This document shows, piece by piece, positions 18,701-26,905 of a stretch of 64,000 nt of DNA. Every line of letters begins with the position of its first letter. The stretch's first letter is position 1. The DNA comes from Candidatus Latescibacterota bacterium (lineage in GTDB: Bacteria > Latescibacterota > UBA2968 > UBA8231), in the NCBI GenBank assembly GCA_965261395.1, contig OZ253462.1, forward strand, positions 4,256,001-4,320,000. The letters run 5' to 3'. The position numbers were made by a program, and so were the translations under genes. The notes beneath the pieces are model-generated. The model was not told where the DNA came from. It did no database searches and saw only the letters and a list, made by a program, of their open reading frames with translations.

Positions 18701-20167
18701 GTCCGGCACTTGGCTACGGCGCGGGAACGTGCGCACCTTGACCCGCAGGGAGCGCAATTTGTCCTTGAGTACGGGACCAAAGTCTTCGAGATCGGCAAAC
18801 AGGGCCTCGTCGTTTACTGCCCGCGCCAGCATGGCGTTGAGCAGGCGGCTTTGGCGGGACAAATTTTCGATATTCATCCGCTCAGGCGTATCGAGCGGGG
18901 TATCGACGATATAGCGAGCGTCGTTGACAGTAACAAACGACAGCGAGACGATCCCAGCGGTCAGCGCATGCTCCCCACTGACCGAGACCCCGCCCGGCAC
19001 GAAGGTCGACCAGTCCATGCCGCGAATCGGGCTAATCCCATTGGCCAGCGGTCGCTCTTGCTCTAGGCCCAACCGAGCGGCCTCCTCCTCGGCATAGGCC
19101 GTAAAACGCCGCCCAAAGGGCACGAAGAATCGCTTGAGATCATAGCTAAAGGTATTGTTCCAGATCCCCAGCCCAGCGGACTGGCTCGTCAGATCAATGC
19201 AGATGAAGAGCTTGGGCTTGAGTGGTTCTTCCATCCGCTCGGCGTAGTGGGGATGGAGGCGGGCATGGCGCTCGAGGAAGTGGACAATCCCCTGCTGAGC
19301 TTGGAAATGCGCGCCCGTGGCCACCAACACGACCGGCCGTCGCGGAGGATGGCGCACTAGATGCTCGGCCAGCGCCAACAACGCGGCGATGCCGCTGGTC
19401 GTTTCGGCCGCCGGGGCCAAGGCTGGCACCACCGACATGCCATCGTAATAGCTTTCGATGACAATGGTCTCGTCGGCCAGGTCTGGATCGGTGCCGGGAA
19501 GCCGGCCCCAGATATTCCAAGCCGTCTCGCGCTGCCAGTCCATCCGCCCCTTGAGCACTACGGAAGTCGGTTGCTGGAGCAGCCGCTCTTTTAGCCGCAG
19601 CCCGGCCGCTCTTGCGATCCAGAAGCGCGGGATGTCCAGCGGCGCGGTGGAGTACTTGGCCGTGGCTTGATTGCGCGTAGTCTCCTCTGGGGCGATAAAG
19701 ACGATGGCGCGCGCACCCAGCGAAGCGGCCTGCAACCAGCGGCTCCAGCTATTGAACTCCATCAGCACCACCCGGCCGTCGAGTTCGAGCCCCGCGTAAT
19801 TCTCCCACTCGCCGTCCCCGCCGTAAATCATCTCGCCCGCGTACTCGGGCAGGGTCGAGGTGCGGACTAAGTTCGGCCACAGGCTGTAGAGGCCATAGCG
19901 CTCCCCGCTCTCTGTGAGGAGTAACTCGCCCCCGTGGTCGATGGGCACGGTGACCTCAAAGGATTCGCGCGCGACCTGTGCAAGCCCAATCTCGCGCAGG
20001 CGTTGCTCGACGTAATCCGCGGCCGCGGCCGCTCCGGGATAGCCGCTCACCCTAGAGCCGAGCGACGACAAATAAGCGACGGTTTCGCGCACTCCGTCCT
20101 CGCGTGCCCAACCGCAGTTTGCGGTCAGCACGAGGGCGCAGAGGATGTAGTAAGTCGAGCGCTTCAT
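15767..20167 (-). CDS. FtsX/MacB-like permease fused to an N-terminal M28-peptidase-like (PA-containing) domain
   Basis: Signal peptide; 'LSSLGSRVSGYPG...AADYV' M28-type start; 'SNMRRRKLRTGLTL' and 'VYERFREIGIYSSVG' FtsX motifs. ATG overlaps the upstream stop (ATGA). Confidence 0.75.
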   Translation of the reverse strand: MKRSTYYILCALVLTANCGWAREDGVRETVAYLSSLGSRVSGYPGAAAAADYVEQRLREIGLAQVARESFEVTVPIDHGGELLLTESGERYGLYSLWPNLVRTSTLPEYAGEMIYGGDGEWENYAGLELDGRVVLMEFNSWSRWLQAASLGARAIVFIAPEETTRNQATAKYSTAPLDIPRFWIARAAGLRLKERLLQQPTSVVLKGRMDWQRETAWNIWGRLPGTDPDLADETIVIESYYDGMSVVPALAPAAETTSGIAALLALAEHLVRHPPRRPVVLVATGAHFQAQQGIVHFLERHARLHPHYAERMEEPLKPKLFICIDLTSQSAGLGIWNNTFSYDLKRFFVPFGRRFTAYAEEEAARLGLEQERPLANGISPIRGMDWSTFVPGGVSVSGEHALTAGIVSLSFVTVNDARYIVDTPLDTPERMNIENLSRQSRLLNAMLARAVNDEALFADLEDFGPVLKDKLRSLRVKVRTFPRRSQVPDRPIADALVVIDPWFKSHKSVRWAQYHLTDGQGVADIDGLRTGAYPVAAYQVDPTTGDIGFAPDLSERATKFSGGIVNGWMIDSKIRWNTNEKIIVVFPSISRPFYSMIDPRYLRSFKGIKIVDQNGVEPRQFGLARGFDEGEAVGVVFGPQDADEDEGIKMIIDNRLLLLNSDGTESVAQARGRGYSLRRDSLVRTGMLAVEDMWRLNEARLHTLREHAIENQRLARLHQRGKGLIEQARQAEEARDWERYVEHVRAALGVTARAYPEVLQTLNDVISGMVFFLALVIPTAFLGERLLFAAADIRRQLAGFGGLLLLIWIAISQVHPAFAIAHPLVILLAFAIMAMAAFVMAMISTRFNSYMKAYQAREAHVHETDISRASASYAAFMLGISNMRRRKLRTGLTLLTLVLLTFTVLSFTSFNTQIRYMAFAMDHEGTYEGVLIRDRNWNVLNRPTLDYARSHFATEGVVVPRNWYVAFDDEQKKYIEVFGDTSVVRATGMLGLMPEEVRVTGIDQALVAGSFFTREDEVSCLMAEGMAEALGIGPAELGTARVRVFGRDLVVRGVFDPDLFEAIRDLDDESLTPADFQMSSGQALGPVTQDNMSIALEESALDIRPFIHLESENVLVLPYGTLRESGGMLRSVAVRLEDGGLGQELIEDFLLRLAITLFAGLKDPGEAATKVFSYTSIGLTNVEGLGALVIPMFIAALIVLNAMMGAVYERFREIGIYSSVGLAPLHIALLFVAEACVYAIIGVTLGYILGQSLGKALIALDLLQGLSLNYSSMAAIVSSLIVMAIVLLSTIYPARVAARMAVPDTVRRWVPPAPSGDRWEMEFPFMVSKGEVRGLCGFLAGYFSAYSEESIGDFYAEKVQLVQEDGERGPEYAVQLLLWLAPFDMGVSQFMQLEFLPSEVKSVYTVEIYIQRISGQDTFWQRVNHRFINGLRKEFLLWHTLAAESRAHHLGVAEKMLAAPAETEHS

Positions 20168-22320
20168 GCCCAAAAAATGGAGTTCCCCACTTTTCCCGTG
20201 AAGTAATCTATGACCAACCAGAGTCCATTACACGAAACCTGCCCGCAGATCAGCCCTAGAAAGAACATCTGACTGCGGCGGTACAAAGCCACCCCGCCGA
20301 AACGCATGATCATCCTCTTGATAAACCAAGCCAAGAACACGCTAAACCACACGTGGTTGAGCATGCCGTTGGCCCCAATGGGAAAGCCGATGGGATGCAC
20401 CGGCCACCAAGGCAGGCGCTGTCGCGCCCACATCATCGCCCCCATCACCAGCGCGCCGCCGGACAAAAACCCTACCCCCGGCCAGTGCACGCCCGCCGGC
20501 TCTATGTTGCGGAGCGCGTTGTTGTAGGCGGTTTCGGGCGCGCCTTTGAAAAACCAACTGTTGAGGTTCACTCCGCCGTGCTGATAGGCCATGTGGAAAA
20601 TCATCCAAAATGCACCGAGGGCACCGATGAACAGCGCGAGAATAATAGCCCAAAACACCAGCCGCCGCAGCCGCGGCTCCATCTCCTCGATTAGCTTGAG
20701 GGCATTGGTGCAGGTTGCCATGACGAACACCCGCACATCCGCGCCCCACATATAGGCCAACGACAAGTTCCACACCCCAGTCTGGCTTACTAGATCGGTC
20801 CCCAACCCCAAGATTACCAAGTCGGGCGCCGTCATCGGGGCGCGCACCGCTGCCAAGCCGGCTTCGGCGACGATCCGCGTAATCCCTAAAAAGACGAGCA
20901 GGGCCAAGACGACAAAAACAAACGCCACCCACAGCGGCGTCCCCATGATCCACAGCCACCACGACATGACCAAGACCCCGCCCACTGCACCGAAAAAAGA
21001 CCAGCGATAGGACATGATCTCATCCCCATCCTCCACCTCTGGTGCCCATCCGAGGGCCTTTTTACACACATTGCGAAAGTGTTCCCTCCCCACCCACAGG
21101 CCAACCCCGACCATGGCCAGCAAGGCACCGACTCCTTGGTAGGCCATCAGAGAAACGTCGGCTACACCGAAGACGACCTTCTGCTCGGACGTCACGCCGG
21201 CCAGCGCGAAAAGCTCTTTTTCAAACTTGGCCAAGAGATGGAAGAACCAAATACCAGCGGCGATATTGGCATTGATGAAGTACGAAAACCCGATCATGGC
21301 AAAGCTGACGGTCAGTTGCAAGGTCTGCTTGCCCACCAAGGAGATCGACGAAGTCAGGGAGAAGACCGGAAAAGCCGCGTCGTAGCGGTGCAGGGCCTTC
21401 AAGCTGCCAAAAAAGAGCGGTAAAATAAAACCGGCCCACATGGCTGGCTGGCGAAAAAAGGTATTGATCTTAAGCCCGCGCTCCTCGCCGCGCACCATCG
21501 CCAGCCCTACCTGAGTAAGCGGATAGGGCAGCCGCTCGCGCTCCATCCACTGCCGACGGACTATCACCGCGACCGACACCATGGTCACGTATAGCGCCAA
21601 GAGAAAAACTGCCCACCAGCACAACGGCTCAGCCCACGCCGCGTAGGGAATCACCTCCCCAGGTGCCAACCCTTCGTAAAAGGATTGGCTGTCCCGACCA
21701 TCGATGACGAGGATCTCGCGCTCGGAAAAATGGGGAAAGAGCACTTCCCGCCACTTGTTTTCCGGCGAGGCAAAGTAAAACACTGCCGTGATCATCGGCA
21801 GAATTTGTTCGCTCAGGCCCATAGTGCAAAGAGCCGAGACGATCAACAGCATGACGTATACGAGAATCAGCTCGGCCCGGTTGAGGACCAAACTCCGCCC
21901 GGAGAAGATCAAGGCCATGTTGAGCAGGGATGAGGCGAGGATGAAGGTGGCAAAGAAAAAACCCGGGGCAAAGGGATTGAGGGGAGCCACCCACCCATAG
22001 TAGAAGCTGTAAAGCGCACAGGAGATCAAGGCCCAAACCACTGCGCCCGGCGGGCTAGCGGCAACCTTGAACAGCACATTGAGCAGTCCGATGAGCACTA
22101 GAAACAAAAAAATGGCCCCTGGCGTACTGAAATCCAAGGCCATGTAGGAACCGCGTATGATCATGTTGCCGTACGGAGCGCCGACGGCTAGGAAAAAGCT
22201 GAGGAACGCCCCCACCCAAAACGCACGCATGGTTAGCTGCTGGGTACCAGGCGGCGCAAGAAGGGCTTGGTCGCGCCCGGCGAGGTGGTTTAGGTAGTGG
22301 GTCGGCAAGCGTCTTAACAA
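20164..22320 (-). CDS. DUF6785/DUF6784-like polytopic membrane protein (OPT-related)
   Basis: 'LTMRAFWVG', 'LNRAELILVY', 'RRQWMERERLPYPL', 'WWPVHPIGF', 'FFLGLI.G'. Start TTG 22320 or ATG 22230. Confidence 0.65.
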   Translation of the reverse strand: MLRRLPTHYLNHLAGRDQALLAPPGTQQLTMRAFWVGAFLSFFLAVGAPYGNMIIRGSYMALDFSTPGAIFLFLVLIGLLNVLFKVAASPPGAVVWALISCALYSFYYGWVAPLNPFAPGFFFATFILASSLLNMALIFSGRSLVLNRAELILVYVMLLIVSALCTMGLSEQILPMITAVFYFASPENKWREVLFPHFSEREILVIDGRDSQSFYEGLAPGEVIPYAAWAEPLCWWAVFLLALYVTMVSVAVIVRRQWMERERLPYPLTQVGLAMVRGEERGLKINTFFRQPAMWAGFILPLFFGSLKALHRYDAAFPVFSLTSSISLVGKQTLQLTVSFAMIGFSYFINANIAAGIWFFHLLAKFEKELFALAGVTSEQKVVFGVADVSLMAYQGVGALLAMVGVGLWVGREHFRNVCKKALGWAPEVEDGDEIMSYRWSFFGAVGGVLVMSWWLWIMGTPLWVAFVFVVLALLVFLGITRIVAEAGLAAVRAPMTAPDLVILGLGTDLVSQTGVWNLSLAYMWGADVRVFVMATCTNALKLIEEMEPRLRRLVFWAIILALFIGALGAFWMIFHMAYQHGGVNLNSWFFKGAPETAYNNALRNIEPAGVHWPGVGFLSGGALVMGAMMWARQRLPWWPVHPIGFPIGANGMLNHVWFSVFLAWFIKRMIMRFGGVALYRRSQMFFLGLICGQVSCNGLWLVIDYFTGKVGNSIFWA

Positions 22321-22424
22321 ATGGAGCCCCCTGCTGTATAGCGATGACTTGTTATAATAAGTCGCTTAACCGATTGGGACAACGCGAGTTGACGGCATTG
22401 GTATTTAGGGGTTTTTTCCTAGAT

Positions 22425-23552
22425 ATGGAACTCGACTTCCTCCAATTCGCCAAGCCGCTCATCCGCGCCCCCACAGCCCCTTTCCACGAGCATTTTGCCC
22501 TCGGCATTGCGCGCTCGTTCGCAGCCGAGCGGCCTCCAATCCAAATGCGCTACGACCGCTGTGGCAACAGCTTGCTGCTCTACGACGGCGGGGGCCAACA
22601 GGAGGAGGAGGAATTTCTCATCTTAACCGCCCACCTCGACCATCCCGGCTTAGTGTGGAGGGCCTCGCAGGGGCCAGACCGAGCGCTGTTTGAGATCCTC
22701 GGCGGCGTCGAGTTGGAGCAGGCCCTAGCGACGGGCGTGCGCATATTCGACCTGAATCGTCCGGTTACCCAGCGCGGCACTCCCGGGACCATCGTCCGAA
22801 CGGTGGAGGAGAAAGGGTCGCGCTATCCCCTAGTTGAAGTGACCGCAGTACCCGACAGTCCCCAAGGCCCGGGGACCTTTGCGATGTGGGATTTGCCGGC
22901 CTTTCGGGTGCGGGGTCGGCGCTTGAGCGGGCGGGCGATCGACGATTTGGCCGGTGCGGCCGTGGCTTTGTGCGTCTTGGATTCTTTGGTGCGCCAGCAA
23001 GCGTCGGCCCGCGTCGGCGTCTTGCTCACCCGCGCTGAAGAGGTGGGTTTCGTCGGCATGCTGGCTGCGCTAGAGGCCAAGTTCTTGCCTCGCCGCGCAC
23101 TCTACATCAACATCGAGTGCTCCAGCGTGGCGGCTGGGGCCGTGCTGGGCGCGGGGCCGATCTTGCGAGTCGGCGATCGGCTCTGGGTTTTCGACCCGGA
23201 CATCAGCGGCGGACTGGCGGCGCTGGCCGATGAATTGGCCTCCCAACAGCCATCTTTCCGCTATCAGCGCAAACTGATGGACAGCGGTGCTTGCGAAGCC
23301 ACCCCGCTGATGCAGGCCGATTATCGCACGGGCGCGGTTGCGCTACCCCTCGGCAACTATCACAACTCGGGGCCGGGCACGCAATTGGCCCCAGAATACA
23401 TTGACCTCGACGACGCCAACAGACTGGTACGCCTCCTCGTCCACGTGGCCCAGCGCGGCATTGGCACAGGGCTGGCGCATTCGGCCGCTACGCTCGACTC
23501 GATGCTCGCCGGCCGCCTAGCGCAATACCGCGACCGCCTGTACCCCGTGTAG
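22425..23552 (+). CDS. M20/M42-family metallopeptidase
   Basis: Intact metal ligands 'AHLDHPG', 'AIDDLAG', 'RAEEVG', 'NYHN'. Start ATG 22425; no signal peptide. Confidence 0.75.
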   Translation: MELDFLQFAKPLIRAPTAPFHEHFALGIARSFAAERPPIQMRYDRCGNSLLLYDGGGQQEEEEFLILTAHLDHPGLVWRASQGPDRALFEILGGVELEQALATGVRIFDLNRPVTQRGTPGTIVRTVEEKGSRYPLVEVTAVPDSPQGPGTFAMWDLPAFRVRGRRLSGRAIDDLAGAAVALCVLDSLVRQQASARVGVLLTRAEEVGFVGMLAALEAKFLPRRALYINIECSSVAAGAVLGAGPILRVGDRLWVFDPDISGGLAALADELASQQPSFRYQRKLMDSGACEATPLMQADYRTGAVALPLGNYHNSGPGTQLAPEYIDLDDANRLVRLLVHVAQRGIGTGLAHSAATLDSMLAGRLAQYRDRLYPV

Positions 23553-23675
23553 AAGGGGTAGGCACTCAATAGCGACAGCTAATTTTGGTGTTTGGTGTTT
23601 TAAAGGCGGTCTGCAGCTCTTGGTAAATTGCACAGGTCCATCCAGCAACTTGTTGCCACTCAATGCAATAGCTAG

Positions 23676-24452
23676 CTAAACGATGGTCCATCCCCCATCC
23701 ACCACGAGCGTGTGCCCGGTGATCATGGCCGCGGCATCCGACGCCAAAAAGATCACCGGTGCCGACATTTCCTCCGGCTCGGCCAAGGCACCGCGCAGCA
23801 GGTTTTTGGTCTTTACCGCATCGGCAAAGGCTTGGCTTTCCCGCATCGCGGTTTCGGCCAGCGGCGAGCGGGTCACGGTTGGGGCAACTGCATTGACCCG
23901 TATCTGATACTCGGCCCATTCGGCGGCCATGGTCCGCGTAAGGTTGTTGACGCCACCCTTGGCACCTGAGTACGGGCCGCGCTCCGGTGCGCCGACCACG
24001 CCTGCTTGGGACGAGATATTGACGATATTGCCCCCTTCTCCCTGAGCGATCATCTGCCGCGCGGCGATCTGGCTACAGAAAAACACATTTTTTAGGTTGG
24101 CATCGACGATCAGGTCGTAGAGCTCTTCGTCGTAGTCGAGGATTTTGCCGACCTTGTTGTAGCCGGCGTTATTGACCAGCACGTCAATTCGCCCGAAGTG
24201 GGCTACGACCGCGGCCATAAAACGCTCGATAGAGCTTACGTCCGTCACGTCGAGCCGGTGATAAAAGCACATCCCGCCCGCAGCCTCAATCTCCGCAGCT
24301 AGCGTTTCCAATTCGGCCGTGGTGCGACTGCCAACGGCGACGCGCGCGCCCGACTGGACGCATTCTAAAGCAATCGTCCGACCAATTCCCCGGCCAGCCC
24401 CGGTGACAATGACCGTTTTTCCCTCTAGACCAAAACGCGCTAGCGGTGGCAT
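23676..24452 (-). CDS. SDR-family NAD(P)-dependent oxidoreductase
   Basis: 'TGAGRGIG', 'NNAG', 'YSGAK', 'TGHTLVVDGG'. Confidence 0.92.
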   Translation of the reverse strand: MPPLARFGLEGKTVIVTGAGRGIGRTIALECVQSGARVAVGSRTTAELETLAAEIEAAGGMCFYHRLDVTDVSSIERFMAAVVAHFGRIDVLVNNAGYNKVGKILDYDEELYDLIVDANLKNVFFCSQIAARQMIAQGEGGNIVNISSQAGVVGAPERGPYSGAKGGVNNLTRTMAAEWAEYQIRVNAVAPTVTRSPLAETAMRESQAFADAVKTKNLLRGALAEPEEMSAPVIFLASDAAAMITGHTLVVDGGWTIV

Positions 24453-24464
24453 TTTTTCTCCTCT

Positions 24465-25646
24465 TTAATAATCGGCGTCGGCTGCCCGTTGCAGCGCACC
24501 AGCCGGAAAGACCGACACTTTAGCGCCAGCCTCGTGGTGTTTTTCCAATTCGCTCAATACGGCCTCCCAAGTTTTGCAAAAAATAACCCCCTCGCTAAAG
24601 AGCGAGGCCGCATCCCACTTGTTGATCCCAGGCGAAAATAAAATGGTGCGCCGGGCCGGCCGGCTAGGCTTTCCCCGCAGTGCCGTGCCTGGCCCTAATA
24701 CCGAGTGCCAACCCAGCCCCTCCGGGCTAGCCGAGCACATGACGGTAGTCGCGTTTTCGTTGAAGGGTTTTTTCTTGGTTCCGCCCAACGGCGTCATAGC
24801 CAACCCGGCTTGGCAGAGTTCCGTATCCTTGGGGAAGGCGTTGAATACCCCAATGTCGAAGGCGTCGGGCACTTGGGTGGCGTACTGTTCGCGCCCCAAC
24901 TCGCAGCCCCGCTCAAAGGCCGCGTCCGTGTCGCCAGCGACCAAGGCCGAGATCTCCAAGTCCTCGTTGAGCAGCGGATTGACGATATAACGGACCCCAG
25001 CCATCTTCGCCACCTCGGACAGGTGTTCGCGAAAATTTTCGTGTACGTGGCGGTGGTTGAGCATGATCGTCTGCTGCCCACAAGCACCGGGGATGAGCAA
25101 TTTGGCTCCGCCACCGAACATCCCCCCGCGCGGCGTGATCATCCCCAAGGCGATGCGGACCTCGCAGGAGGTCATATCGCGGTTGACCCAGATCGGCACC
25201 CCCCGGCTGGAGTAGCCGAGAAATTCCAAGTTCTCGTAGGCATTGTGGTTGAGCACCTGCATGGTATCGACGAGGTCCAACCCGACCTTCTTGACCAAGT
25301 CGTCGCGGGTCATCGGGCGGTGGGCCGCCAGCGCGCAGATGATCTTTACCGCGTCGGCCCCAATCCCGGCCGCAGCCAGTTCCTCAAGGACATAGGGCAA
25401 GAGCCGAAAAGCCGGCGTCGGGCGCGAGAGGTCGTCAACCAAAATGGCCGCCGAAGACCGGCCGCGGGCGAACTCGCGCAGGGGCGGAGCACCGATGGTC
25501 TCCTGCAGGGCCCGGCGAATACCGGCGTCGCCGATGTCCGGCCCGCCCCGCATGTGGTGAACCGCTACTTCCCAGTGATCGGGAAACTCCATTTTGAACG
25601 GAGCCTTGCCGTACCAAACGGCCCAAGGAACGAGAATTTCCTGCAT
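24465..25646 (-). CDS. LarA-family (nickel-pincer) racemase/epimerase
   Basis: 'DDLSRPTP', 'ALAAHRPM', 'FGGGAKLLIPG', 'LNH'. Confidence 0.75.
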   Translation of the reverse strand: MQEILVPWAVWYGKAPFKMEFPDHWEVAVHHMRGGPDIGDAGIRRALQETIGAPPLREFARGRSSAAILVDDLSRPTPAFRLLPYVLEELAAAGIGADAVKIICALAAHRPMTRDDLVKKVGLDLVDTMQVLNHNAYENLEFLGYSSRGVPIWVNRDMTSCEVRIALGMITPRGGMFGGGAKLLIPGACGQQTIMLNHRHVHENFREHLSEVAKMAGVRYIVNPLLNEDLEISALVAGDTDAAFERGCELGREQYATQVPDAFDIGVFNAFPKDTELCQAGLAMTPLGGTKKKPFNENATTVMCSASPEGLGWHSVLGPGTALRGKPSRPARRTILFSPGINKWDAASLFSEGVIFCKTWEAVLSELEKHHEAGAKVSVFPAGALQRAADADY

Positions 25647-25656
25647 GATTTTCCTC

Positions 25657-26421
25657 CTAGTCCAAGCCCATAGCCCGCAGGTTGCGCAGGCTCAGACCCA
25701 AGCTGTCAAAGGGGTCGCCCGGGCAGGTGTCTTGCTCGATCAAGTACCATTCGATCTGTGCTCTTTTACAGGCCGCGAGAATAGGCTCCCACTCCAAGTT
25801 CCCTTCCCCTACTTCGGCGAAGCATTGCTTAGAGCCGTCCATGCTCAGGTCTTTCAGATGGACGATGTGCATGCGGTCGCGGAACTTGTCCAACCACGAG
25901 ACCGGGTTGCCGCCGCCGTGTTGGATCCAATAGGTATCTATTTCAAAGGAAAAAACGGCTGGGTCGCTCTCCTCGCGGAGGATGTCCAGCCCCGTGCGCC
26001 CATCAAAGCGCTCCAGTTCGAAGCTGTGGTTGTGGTAGCTAAAGGTCAGGCTCGCGTTAATAAGGGGACGCGCCTCCTCCGAAGCATCTGCTGCAAAGCG
26101 GACAAAGCCCTCGCGGTTGCGGTATTCCTGGGGCAAGCCGCCGATAGCCACGTGGCGGCATCCCCACATCTGGTGCTCCTCGACGACGGCTTGCGGCTCG
26201 TCGCAGATGCGCTGATAGTTGGTGTGCGTGGCAGCGATCTGTATTCCCTCGGCCTTGCTTATCCCGGCCAGTTCAGCCGGTGAGATCGCCCCTAGAGCCG
26301 AAGCTTGCACGGCCTCGTAGCCGAGTGCTCGCACCTTGGCGAAGGTCTGGCGAATATCATCCGGGGTTTTGGTATAATCGCGCACTGTAAACAACTGTGC
26401 GCCAATCGCTGAAGTAGGCAT
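25657..26421 (-). CDS. sugar phosphate isomerase/epimerase (xylose isomerase-like TIM barrel)
   Basis: 'QLFTVR', 'YHNHSFE', 'EIDTYW', 'HLKD', 'EVGEG.L', 'IEQD'. Confidence 0.88.
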   Translation of the reverse strand: MPTSAIGAQLFTVRDYTKTPDDIRQTFAKVRALGYEAVQASALGAISPAELAGISKAEGIQIAATHTNYQRICDEPQAVVEEHQMWGCRHVAIGGLPQEYRNREGFVRFAADASEEARPLINASLTFSYHNHSFELERFDGRTGLDILREESDPAVFSFEIDTYWIQHGGGNPVSWLDKFRDRMHIVHLKDLSMDGSKQCFAEVGEGNLEWEPILAACKRAQIEWYLIEQDTCPGDPFDSLGLSLRNLRAMGLD

Positions 26422-26537
26422 GTGGTCTCCTGTGTCCGCACTGGAGAGGAAGAGATACTTTCTGAACTCTGCGCAATATAGCCGCCGTCTCTCCTAGCGT
26501 CAATTCAGCAGTAGCTAAAGTCTATGGTCAGCTTGTC

Positions 26538-26860
26538 GTGCCTACTCCCCACCCTACAAACGTTGGGCTTCTCGCCGATATTCTGGCTGAGATTGTAGTC
26601 CCAATCTCAAGATGTTACGCGCTGCGTTTTCATCTCCGTTGAGGATGAGTCCACAACACGGACAATGATGTATTCGTTGCGCCAGCGTTTTTCGGCATCA
26701 GTGTCCACACTAAGAGCAATCTTGCAAGGTATAGGCCAGGCTGACGGCGACCAGGATTCTACCAGCTTCTTCCGCTTTGTAGGACAGGCTCTGCCGGAAC
26801 TGCGACCAAGCGGCATCCTGAATAGATTTAGCGAGGCAGTGATTGTGTAAAAGGCCATTT
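26538..26860 (-). pseudogene. tnpB: IS200/IS605-family tnpB 3' remnant with right-end-like sequence
   Basis: Minus frame reads LAKSIQDAAWSQFRQSLSYKAEEAGR...QDCS*CGH*CRKTLAQRIHHCPCCGLILNGDENAARNIL (Zn ribbon plus RuvC-III) with two in-frame stops, then gaagcccaacgtttgtagggtggggagtaggcac. Confidence 0.88.
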
Positions 26861-26905
26861 GATTTGGTAAGAGGATTGACAAAGTCGTCGAAGCGGGAAC
26901 AGAAG

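Noticed and set aside
5777-22320. Single 16.5-kb operon joining the transporter trio and the PspA cluster
   Set aside because: The genes are co-oriented, but a hairpin with a T-rich tail at 12542-12575 separates them and there is no evidence of a functional link. Left unresolved.
23553-23675. AT-richer gap with cactcaat repeated at 23563 and 23657, possible MITE with target duplication
   Set aside because: No terminal inverted repeats and no second copy seen; an 8-mer match is weak evidence.
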